Below, in pieces: positions 11,082 through 21,608 of a stretch of 33,038 nt of DNA. The notes below the pieces were generated by a model, which searched no databases, was not told where the DNA came from, and saw nothing but the letters and a program-made list of their open reading frames with translations. The translations under genes were made by a program, and so were the position numbers. Every line of letters begins with the position of its first letter. Positions within the stretch are counted from its first letter, which is position 1. The DNA is taken from contig NC_057750.1 in the NCBI RefSeq assembly GCF_004010195.1, positions 17,949,098 through 17,982,135 on the forward strand, given 5' to 3'. The DNA is from Chiloscyllium plagiosum. Taxonomy: Eukaryota.

Positions 11082-12135
11082 TCTATGCTACTCAGTGTCC
11101 TGTCATTCATTAAATACCCCCTCAGCTTGTTTCTTCTTCCAAAGTGCATCACTTCACACTTATCAGAGTTGAACACCATCTGTGACTGGTCTGTCCATCT
11201 TCCTGTAAGCTACAACCATCTTCTTCACTATTAACAGCTACCAATTTTGATGTCATCTGCAAATTTGCTTAGTATTCCATCCGCCCCCACCCCATTTTCA
11301 TCATTTATGTGTATAACAAACAACAAGGATCCCAGTATTGATATTGGTGGAACACCACTGGACACTAGTCTTCAGTCACTCAAATAATCTCTACCATACC
11401 CTTTGTGCTGTTACCAGGCCAGTTTCTAATCCACCTTGCCATGTTTCCATGAATTCTATGTGCTTTAACCTTCCCACTCTCCCATGTGGGATCTTGTCAA
11501 AACCTTTGCTAAAATCCATATAAAGTATATCGTCTGAACTTCCCTCATCCACACCCTTGATCACACTTAGTGGCTTTGATTTGGTATCTGTTTCAACAAA
11601 TAAAAACTTTGTACGTTTGGATCTACCATACAGAAAACCAGCAACAAAGTAATTTGTGGGAGTTCTAACATAAAAGCCAGCTTAATGATTTCTGTGCAAT
11701 AAATGAAGTCCATGCCAGGTCCCAAAGGAGCGATCCAGCCAGCCCATCTGTTGCCTAACCAATTTTCTTTTGTGGGCTGTGAAATCCCGGTCACTACTAT
11801 TTGTTACGTAAAAATATTCATTCTCACATTGGATTTTACACTCAAGATAGTTTACCATTATCCTCTAGTCTTTACACCATCAGCATATGAAAAGATTTTA
11901 TACATTATTAATAAAGTGTTCATATAGTAATAAAATGATCAGAGGCATTTAGCCCACATGCACAGCAGTTGTTTGGAACAGCTGCTTAATTCACCACGTT
12001 ATGAACAGATCAGATATGAGCCCCTGCAGCCTGCCTCACCATTCAGTGAGATCCTGGCTCATCGTAGGCTGTACTGGACAAGTCAAGACCACTCACAGAA
12101 TAATGCGAGCAATTCTAGTCTCCCTTGTCTCTCTC

Positions 12136-12620
12136 AGAAAGATGTTGTGAAACTTGAAAGGGTTCAGAAAAGATTGACAAGGATGTTGCCAAGTTTGGAG
12201 AGTTTGAGCTAGAGGGAGGGGTTGAATAGGCTGCAGCTTCTTTCCCTGAGGTGTCAGAGGCTGAAGGTTGACTTTATAGAGGTTAATAAAATCATGAGGG
12301 GTATTGATAGCCAAGGTCTTTTTCCTCAGGGTAAGAGAGTCCAAAACTAGAGGGCATAGATTTGGTGAGATGGGAAAGATTTAAAAGGGACTTGAGGGAC
12401 AAGGTTTTCATGCAGAGAGTGGTGCACATACTGAACAAGCTGCCAGAGAAGGTGGTGGAGGCAGATATAATGACAACATTTAAAAAGCCTTCTGGAGGAG
12501 TACAAGATGAGGGATATGGGCCAAATGCTGGCAAGTGGGATAGAGCAGTTTAGGATATCTTGTCAATAGAGACGAGTTGGATCAAAGGATCTGTTTCTGA
12601 GCTGTATAACTCGGACTTAA
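12136..12620 (+). mobile_element. CR1 3' fragment
   Basis: KDVVKLERVQKRLTRMLP; QRVVHILNKLPEKVVEA; CR1 tail. Confidence 0.88.
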
Positions 12621-12805
12621 ATGGTCTCTTTGCATTTCAAATTCCACATTCCTACTTGGCCCCAACAATCTTGGATTCCTTTGCCCAATAGGAATCTACC
12701 TCCACCTTAAAAATATTTAATGACCTACCTCCACTGTCTTTTTAGGTGGTGTTCCAAAGTTGCCCAACCCTTTCAGCCTTCTTGATTCTATGTTGTACCT
12801 AGATA

Positions 12806-13017
12806 CAGGCCGTTCTGTTATAACACGCGTTTCATCAACATGAATTTACTAATGCGATCGATAAATTGGGGATGCTGTTTCTAAAGCATGAACTTTTAAA
12901 ATGTGTTGGCTGTAACGCCATTACAGTGTCAACACAAAATGCTGTTTCTAAAGCGTGATTTTTCTATAATGTGGGTTGCACAAGAACACAACCATCGTGT
13001 TATAGAAAAACCGATTG
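12806..13017. mobile_element. TcMar/Tigger-like MITE, family A
   Basis: TA|caggccgttctgttataacacg...cgtgttatagaaaaaccgattg|TA. Confidence 0.85.
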
Positions 13018-14857
13018 TACAGTACTGTGTGACTCATACAGTAGAGCAATAAATCCCTCTGCACCTCAGAGTTCCATAGTAATTCTCTAATATTCTCCAT
13101 TTTAAATCTTCCTGCCAAAGTGAATAACCTCTTAATTTTTCCTCATATTATACTCCATCAGTCAGATTTTTACCCACTCACTTACTTCATCTGTGTTTGC
13201 CTGCAAACTTCTCATCTTCACAAAATACACATGCAATCTAACTTGCTGTTTTGCAAATTTAGCTACCATAGCTTTACTCCCCTTTGCCAAGTTATTGATG
13301 TGAAGTGTAAAATAGCTAGAATGATAAATTCATACAAAAGAAAGAACTCATTCTCTACAAACAAAAGGAATATGCATGTTAACTTACTATCTTCACTGAA
13401 TTACATAACTATCCTGCTGTTACAGCCCCTTTAAAACTGTACTATTTATTTAATTTGCTTCATAGGATTGTTCATAGCTGCGTACCCATAAGCATCACTT
13501 CAATTATTTGTATTAAAGTGTAATCAGTTATACGTTCAGGCATTTCACTTCACCATTCTATGTTTCTCAAATAATCTTATTATCTTCCCCATTGTTTACT
13601 GTAGTTTAACCTTTGACAAGGGAGTCAAAAAGAGCATTGAGAGTAGGCAGAAGAGTGGAGTTGAAAGCATAGATTTTCCAAGATCTTATCAAATGGTGGA
13701 ACTCGCTAGAGAGGCCAGTTTACAAAATTCTACACATTGTTCATATGATTTTTTGTTTTCTATTCCTTGACCAACTTCATATGCACATCATCACTGTTCA
13801 CTTGCTCCCATGGGTTCAATTTTGCTTTACAAACCTATTATGTGATACTCTACCAAACAGTTTAAAATAATCATATTCACAATATCAACCATATAGTTTT
13901 TTTCAAAGAACTCAATCTAGTCAAACAAGATTTACTTTTACAATTACGCTGGCTTCCATCGGCCTGGAATGAATTTCCCTGGATTACAGTTTCTTAACAT
14001 TTCTCCCCTAATGACTGGCTTGAAGTTGCCAGGGAGATATCTCACTCCAATTTTTAAACACTGGAGTCACAGTTGCAAAAGGCCCAGTCACCTGGCACCA
14101 GCCCATATCCAAAGAGAACTGGATTTTGTTTGTGGTCAAGGCACCTGCAACTTATACCAGTGTGTTAACTGACACAGGATGCAGCCATCCAGATAGGATA
14201 GCTTTTCCTGCTCATCTCTTTACTCTTTCTAACTCCTTTACTGATTCCACCTTGGAACCGGTCTTCACTCGCTGCCAGTGTAGCAAGTAGGGACTTAGTC
14301 ATATCTCATCTGCAGAGATGTTTCTCTATGCCTACATAAGCCATATGGTATGAAGCTATGCAAATAGCTATTTCTAATGTCATTTGTGCGCAACTTGAAC
14401 TGAGGCCTAAACGGCACATAACAGTATTTCCAGAATAGAAGCTCGAACCGAACCCCACATGACAACCACTTAATCTATTAGGATAACATGGATGCTGATT
14501 TCTGCAGCAATTGTGCTTTATATGGAGCAATCTTCCTTGGTAAAGTTTTTTTCACATAAAATCACTCGTATGGGTGTTGTTGCTTGTCCCCTAGTTATCC
14601 TTCAGAAGATGATGATGAGCTGCCTTCTTGACCCACTGCAGTCCACATAATCTTAAGGAGACTCACAATACCCTTTGTGGGGTGGGTTCTCCTCTATTTC
14701 TAATAAACATCTTTTAAAACAAGGAATATGAAACAAGAGAAGTAGCTAACACGTTCTTTATGTCAAAAGCAGGGTGGTAAATATGAGAAAAATAGCTTTA
14801 ACCTGCAGGAAGTTATTAATAGATGGGTCAACTGGGCAAATAGTAGGGAATAACATT

Positions 14858-15800
14858 TAGAGTCATAGAGATATGCAGCATGGAAACAGACCCTTTGGTC
14901 CAACCCATCCATGCTGATCAGATATCCCAACCCAATCTAGTCCCACCTGCCAGCACCTGGCCCATATCCCTCCAAACCTTTCCTATTCATATGCCCATCC
15001 AAATGCCTCTTAAATGTTGCAATTGTACCAGCTCCACCACTTTCTCTGGCAGCTCAATCCATACACATACCACCCACTGCGTGAAAAAGTTGCCCCTTAG
15101 GTCTCTTTTATATCTTTCCCCTCTCACCCTAAACTTATGCCCTCTAGTTCTGGATTCCCCGACCCCAGGGAAAAGACTTTGCCTATTTACCCTATCCATG
15201 CCCCTCGCAATTTTGTAAACCTCTAAGGTCACCCCTCAGCCTCCGACGCTCCAGGGAAAACAGCCCAGCCTGTTCAGCCTCTCCCTATACTCAAATCCTC
15301 CAACCCTAGCAATATACTTGTAAATTTTTTCTGAACCCTTTCAAGTTTCACAACATCTTTCTGATAGGAAGGAGACCAGAATTGCACACAATATTCCAAC
15401 AGTGGCCTAACTAATGTCCTGTACAGCCGCAACATGACCTCCCAACTCCTGTACTCAATACTCTGACCAATAAAGGAAAGCATACCAAATGCCTTCTTCA
15501 CTATCCTATCCACCTGCGACTCCACTGTCAAGGAGCTATGAACCTGCACCCCCAGGTCTCTTTGTTCAGCAACATTCCCTAGGACGGAAGCTCCTTGGAT
15601 GCTGCCTGAACTGCTGTGCTCTTCCAGCACCACTAATCCAGAATCTGGTTTCCAGCATCTGCCGTCATTGTTTTTACCCCTTAGCATTAAGTGTATAAAT
15701 CCTGCTAAGATTTGCTTTCCTGAAATGCAGCACCGCGCATTTATTGAATTAAACTCCATCTGCCACTTCTCAGCCCATTGGCCCATCTGGTCAAGATCAA
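14858..15800 (-). mobile_element. Younger CR1 3' part inserted into an older plus-strand CR1 (about 14790-16200)
   Basis: ORFs 15274-15786 and 14987-15232 (WAEKWQMEFN, LEYCVQFWSP, GESRTRGHKFRV); tail agagtcatagag at 14859. Confidence 0.92.
15586..15678 (+). mobile_element. PLE-terminus-derived mini-insertion inside CR1 (hammerhead part absent)
   Basis: ctccttggatgctgcctgaactgctgtgctcttccagcaccac...ccagcatctgccgtcattgtttttacc interrupts CR1 between ccctaggac and cttagcattaagtgta; no TSD seen. Confidence 0.75.
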
Positions 15801-16211
15801 GTAATGCACTTAGAGAACACTAAAAGGTTAAGGGATTACACTCTGAATGGTAAGATCCTGGAAAGTACTGAAGTTCAGAGGGACTTTGGTCTGCAAATCC
15901 GCAGTTCCAAGGTAGTAGGGCAGATAAATAAGGTGAACGTGGTATATGCCTTGGTTAATAAACCAAAGCATAGAAGATAAGATCAGGGAGGTTATCCTGG
16001 AATTACATAAAATGCTGGATATGGCAGAACTTTGAGTACTGCATGCAGTTCTGGTCACTACATTATAGAAAGATGTGATTACACTCGAGACAGTGTAGAG
16101 GAGATTTACTAGGATCATATGAGGATCTGATCTATGAAGAAAAACTGATCAGCTGGGATAGTTTTCCCAGAGAAGTGATGGTAGTGAGGGGATAAGAAAC
16201 AGTGAACATAT

Positions 16212-16315
16212 GGTGTTTCAAGAAGGTAGTTCATCACCACCTTCAAGAATTACAAAGGATAGGCAACAAATGCTGCCCCAGCCAGCAACATCCATATCCC
16301 CTCAATGAATAAAAA
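16212..16315 (+). mobile_element. LINE/SINE 3' tail fragment
   Basis: Similar to the 3' ends at 23145-23245 and 31289-31390 (ttcaagaaggcagctcaccaccacctt...aatgaat). Confidence 0.7.
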
Positions 16316-16618
16316 TCATGTGAAAACTGTTTGGAAAGAAATGAAACTGTTGATGGCAAACTAGGCAGCTGTCTGCATACAGAAGTTACTCAATCCAACA
16401 GCTTGTGTAACCCCAGTTTAGATGGATGAAACTACAAAATTGGTGAAACAAATTATTGATGAAAATCAAACTTAATTACCATTAATTTTGAAATACATTC
16501 AGCTGCCTACCTCAATATCCTTAATACATTTAAGTTGTGCCAAATTGGTTTGAGTATCAATTTTATTAACATCAATACATTTAACTCTATTCTTCTCTAC
16601 CCACTATCTTCTCAAAAA

Positions 16619-16642
16619 GATGATGATGATGATGATGATGAT
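16619..16642. repeat. (GAT)8 microsatellite
   Basis: Eight perfect GAT units just inside the intron after the donor at 16658. Confidence 0.95.
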
Positions 16643-16658
16643 CTTGGGGATTTCTCAC

Positions 16659-16792
16659 CATCCTGTTGCTGTTCATTGCTGCCTGAATCCATTGAGTAGG
16701 CACTGTCAGGACTGTTCTCCACTGAACGCACAATTTCCCATTCAGATTCACTCTCCAGTACCTTCTTTGGAGGCTCTTTTACTTGATAAACA
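16659..16792 (-). CDS. WDR62: WDR62-like coding exon, 134 nt, phase 2-1
   Basis: Acceptor tctttcatttgcacaccag|T, donor GATG|gtgaga. Encodes (N)VYQVKEPPKKVLESESEWEIVRSVENSPDSAYSMDSGSNEQQQD; SPDSA-S-D resembles the MAPKBP1/WDR62 family. Confidence 0.85.
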
Positions 16793-17366
16793 CTGGTGTG
16801 CAAATGAAAGATAGAGTGTCAATGTGCAATAAGTTCAAGATACTGGGGTCCTGGTTGTTATATGGATGCCAGAACTTGACAGTGTAAAAACTTACTAAAT
16901 GTTGAGATTAAATATAAAATGATTGCATATAACTTCTGTTCCTTCTTAAAACCGCATACGTTGCAAAGCAGTGCTTTCCAAGATCATATGCAAGGGTGAC
17001 TGCCTATAGCAACTTATCTTTATTATTGTCTTTTTACTGAAGAAGTAGAATGTCTCCTTTTTTCTTTAGCAGCTGCTTCCATCAAGCTAAACAATTTGGA
17101 ATGTTACTTGTTTAGATATCTTTCAATCCATTCCCCAATGACAAACAATTCCACCGGAATAAAAAAAATTAAATGGATGGGCTGGGTCAAATCTCTAACT
17201 CCAGTCTATCATACAGTTAAGATTATAAATGATAAACACTGGTCATTGTAAAGTAAATCAGAAATATAGACTGATTTAAATTCAACCAGTTCCATGGACA
17301 AAAAGCTAACATTCAGATGAAAAAACTTCAGTTCTCAAATATTTAATACCGTCAATGAATACCTAC

Positions 17367-17536
17367 TTCTCTGTGCTGGTAGAATGCTCATTTTGCATTG
17401 GGTAAAACATTGGTGCACTTAGCTCCATTTCCACAGTATCCACTTCGCGGGAAAATGTACTGTCTGCATCCTCCAAGCAAATAGAGCTTGGCCTTCCCGT
17501 AGACTCTTTTGTCAAAAGACTGGGGGATAACTCCAT
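17367..17536 (-). CDS. WDR62: WDR62-like coding exon, 170 nt, phase 0-2
   Basis: Strong polypyrimidine acceptor ttttttttgctttttag|ATG, donor GAGAA|gtaggt. Only frame 0 is open: MELSPSLLTKESTGRPSSICLEDADSTFSREVDTVEMELSAPMFYPMQNEHSTSTE. Phases fit both neighbours. Confidence 0.82.
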
Positions 17537-17672
17537 CTAAAAAGCAAAAAAAAACAATTATATAGAATGTTCAAAGTGGTCTAAATTCTGAACTGCATAA
17601 CTGTTTTATTGCATATTTAATCTAAACATTGTTCCAAAGAATGAAATAGCACCAACTTACCTCACAATTTTG

Positions 17673-18245
17673 GAAGAACATAAGAAATAGGAACAGGTGT
17701 AGGCCATTTGTCCCCTAAAACCATTCAAGAATGTAGCTGAACTACTCCAGACCTCAACTCTTTTGTGCCAGCTCATCATAACTGTTAATTAACTGATATT
17801 TCAAAATTCTAAGCCCTTTCTAAATATTTTCAGTGATCTAGCTTCCACAAATCTCTCTGATAAAGAGTTCTAGACATTCACTATACTACACATTTCTACA
17901 CAGAAATCCTATGCATTTCAATTTTAAATGAGTGCCCTTCATTCTGTAACTATATCCCTGAGGTTGAGATTCTCACACTAGATGAAACACCCTCTCAACA
18001 TTTAGCCTGTCAAGTCCCCTCATAATATCATGTGCTTCAATAAGATCACCCTCATTCTTCTAAACTCTAACAAATAAAGATCTGATTGGTTTAGCCAGTC
18101 ATTCTTGATAAGTTAACAGGATCATCCCAGAAATCAGAGTTCAAAAGACATTCACCGTCACCAATGCTGATAATATCCTCTCAAATACAAGAACCAAACT
18201 ACTGTAGGTGTAGTGCCTACACAGTTGTAACAGGACTTCATACAG
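17673..18245 (-). mobile_element. Old CR1 3' fragment
   Basis: aagaacataagaaataggaacaggtgtaggccatt tail; ttcaataagatcaccctcattcttctaaactc. Confidence 0.75.
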
Positions 18246-18270
18246 TTGCCTTCACAACTTTAACAAGAGC

Positions 18271-19346
18271 AAGGTTTGTGTAAAGATTTGTAGTTTGGGT
18301 GCCGGTTGGCATGGTTGTGAGTATGTTCATCGAGCTGGGACATTGATTTGCAGAAGTTTCATTCTCTGTCTACATGACATCTTCGTTGCTTTGGAGCCTC
18401 CTGTGAAGCGCTGCTGTTCTGCCTCTTCTGGAATTTACTTAGCTCCATTCCTGCTGCTTCCGGTTGCCAGTTCTGATTGCTCATTGTAGTGGCCGATATA
18501 TTGGGTCCAGGTCAATGTGCTTGCTGATAAAGTTGGTGGATGAGTGCTACGCTTCTAGAAATTCTCTGGCTGCCCTGTTTAGTTTGTCTTATGATTGTTG
18601 TGTTGTCCCAGTCGAATTTGTGGTCCTTGGTCATCTGTGTTTATGGCTACGAGGGACAGCTGGTCATAGGGTTTAGTGCCTAGTTGGTGTTCATGGATGT
18701 GGATTGTTAGTTGTCTGCCTGTTTGTCCTAGATAGTAGTCGCTTTGTACCCGTGGGGGGTACATTTCAAGACCTACGGCGGAAGCCCGAAACCACAGACA
18801 GGAGTGAACCCAAACATTTCAATCGGAAATATACCTTCCTGGCAGACCTCTGGTCCCTCGTTCCAGAAGGTTCCCTATAATATGTTCAAGGCTGGAGTAA
18901 ACCAGGTAACTGAAACCACATAAAATGATTAAGCGAATATGGGGGTCACCATGTATCGTGTTTCGTGCAGTCTTTTTATGGAATCCTGTAAATTACATGT
19001 CTTGCATATGATGAGTATAGGGTCCTTTGTCCTGATAAGTTGCTGTCTGAGTGTGGCTGTCATGAATCTGATGGTCGGAGAAGTCTAACTGTCAGTTCCA
19101 AGATGTTTTTTATGTAAGGTAGCGTGGTTAGTGAGTTAGGTCATGGTGTATCCTCGTCACTTTGTTTGTCTGTTGGTATCTGCGGATGAAGTTGCGGGGA
19201 TATCAGTTCTTGGCAAATACTCTGTAGAGGTCTTCTTCTTCTTCCCTTTGTAGGTCTGGAGTACTGCAGTTTGTTGTAGCACTTTTGAATAGGGTCCTAA
19301 TGCACCTTCTCTTGTGTATGTTTTGGTGCTTGCTGCTGTAATTTTG
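18271..19346 (-). mobile_element. Penelope-like element, left inverted arm (RT thumb, GIY-YIG endonuclease, 3' terminus)
   Basis: Minus strand reads HKRRCIRTLFKSATTNCSTPDL, TLPYIKNILELT, GQTGRQLTIHIHEHQL, HKFDWDNT; inverted homologue of 21015-21608. Confidence 0.88.
18733..18953. mobile_element. Tigger-like MITE, family B, inside the PLE arm
   Basis: About 220 bp absent from the right arm; degenerate termini tagtagtcgctttgtacccg / gcgaatatgggggtcaccatg followed by TA. Confidence 0.65.
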
Positions 19347-21608
19347 TGACAATTGAACAGGCCATCAACATAAGTTACAACAGAACTACATACAGCAAGA
19401 GAACGGCACTACAAGACAAAATGACTAAGCTAACAGCAGAGAAGACAACACAACAGGCACTTGGGTTAGACTCCTCTTCAACAGACAGGTTACAGACACA
19501 GAAAAGACTGTACTAGCCAAAGGCTTCAACTACAACCACAGGGACACAAAAACAACAGACTTACTAACTGCATGAGAATGTACGCTCAGAACTAACGGAC
19601 TAACCAAAGAGACACAGCAAACAAAAGTCAGGATAAACTATTCTACCCTTACTAACAAAGAAAAGACATACAAACAACCTCAACATAAACAGAGAGAAAC
19701 CTTAAAAACATCCAAAAATGACAAGAACATAATCATAGCACCAGTGGACAAGGGCAGAATAACAGTTATCACGGTCAAGACTGAATATATTCAGAAAGCA
19801 GAGAAACTACTTGCATATACAGACATCTACCTACAGAGGGTATTTGACCCCACGCCACAGCTAACCAACAGAATAAACACTAAGGAACCTTCAAAAAACA
19901 GACTAATAACCAAGATTGACCTACAAAGGATGAAACCAGAAAGCAACACTACCCCAAGATTTTACAGATTACCCAAAGTACACAAACCAGTCATACCACT
20001 CAGACCCATTGTGGCACTGCCGGGAACACCATCGCATAAACTGGCAAAAGAACTCCAACAAAAACTAAAACGTCTTACCAGTGGATCCAAACATTCCATA
20101 CAATCATCACAGGAATTCCTAGACAACATCAAGGATATAAACAGACAAGGATGAAGCAATGGTCTCATTTGATAGACCGGCACTGTTCACTTCAATTGAC
20201 AAAACTCTAGCCAGAGAAACAACAGCCAACCTTCTGGACAGGCAGAACAGACAACACAACGGGGAACCTATTAACAAGGATTGCATACTCAAACTACTAG
20301 ACCTATGCTTGACGACACACTTCACATTCGACATATGAACAAATCAATGGAACACCTATGGGCTCATCCATCTCTGAGCTCATAGCAGAAGCAGTGATGC
20401 AAAGATTGGAACAAACAGGAGAAAGTGAGCTCTGCAGATGTTGGAGAGCAGAGTTAAAAAGTGTGGCACTGGAAAAGCACAGCCGCTCAGGAAACTGGTG
20501 AAATCCAGCAAAGATTTTCCTGCATCTCCAAACACCTCATCTACTGTGTCCGTTGCCCTCAATGTGGTCTCTTCTACATTGGGGAGACCAGGCCATCAAC
20601 TTGCGGAATGTTTTAGAGAACATCTTCAGGACACACACGCTAATCAACTTACTGCTCTTTGGCCGAATACTTCAACTCCCCCTCCCACTCCGCCAAGGAC
20701 ATGCAAGTCCTGTGCCTCCTCCACTGCCAAATCCTAGACACCTGATGCCTGGAGGAAGAACACCTCATCTTACACCTTGGGAACAACGTCGATTTCACCA
20801 GTTTCCCCATCTCCCCTCCCCCCACCTTATCCCAGATCTAACCCTCTTGAACTGTCTGACCTGTCCATATTCCTTGACACCTATCCGCTCACTCGCCACT
20901 CCGATCTATCATCACACCCCACCTTCATCCACCTATCACATTCCTAGTTACCTCCCCCCTTGCCCACCCCCCCAGCTCCAACCACCTCCCATTTATCTCT
21001 CAGCCGTCTTGAGATATGCCATGACCTAACTCACTAGCCATGCCACCTTACATAAAAAACATCTCGGAACTGACAGCCAGACCTCTCTGACCATTCAGAT
21101 TCATGACAGTCCATAAACTGACAGCCACGCTCAGACAAACATCTCACCAGGTCAAAAGACCCTATACCCTTCACATACAAGAAAAACGTAATTTACAAGA
21201 TTTCATGCAAAGACCACATGAAACACTATATAGGACAAATGGCAGGCAACTAACAATCTGTATCCATGAACACCAACTAGCCACAAAATGCCAGTCAGCT
21301 GTCCCTAGTAGCCCCACACACAAATGACAGGGACCACAAATTCGACTGGGACAACACAACGATCACAGGACAAGCTAAACAGAGGACAGCTAGAGAATTT
21401 CTAGAAGCATAGCGCTCATCCACGGACTTCATCAACAAGCACATTGACCTGGACCCAATATACCAGCCACTGCAATGAACAATTGAAATTGGCAACCGGA
21501 AGCAGCAGGAACAACACCAAATAAATTCCAGAAGACAGTACAGCAGCACTTCTCAGGAGCTCCAAAGCACTGAAGCGATCACCTTGATAGGGGACGAAAT
21601 GTCTGCAA
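19347..21608 (+). mobile_element. Penelope-like element, right arm (RT N-half, deleted RT core, GIY-YIG, 3' terminus)
   Basis: DKG...PRFYRLPKVHKPVIPLRPIV (ORF 19744-20154), GTPMGS near 20349, HYIGQ near 21224, degenerate hammerhead at 21567-21606. Confidence 0.92.
20418..21005 (+). mobile_element. Second PLE family: GIY-YIG and 3' UTR fragment with an inverted terminal piece at its 5' side
   Basis: RFSCISKHLIYCVRCPQCGLFYIGET...CFREHL from about 20510; C-rich 3' UTR; 20418-20492 is the reverse complement of the mini-insertion sequence. Confidence 0.82.

Larger units (their letters stand above)
10121..11570 (-). mobile_element. Degenerate CR1 LINE 3' half
   Basis: ORF 10671-10922 LYRPLVKPQLDYCVRIWSAPYRKDVIAL; tgtcatctgcaaattt (FADD) near 11250. 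Confidence 0.85.

Noticed and set aside
14306..14530. 74-aa minus ORF in apparently unique sequence
   Set aside because: No recognisable homology or phase 1-1 splice pair found.
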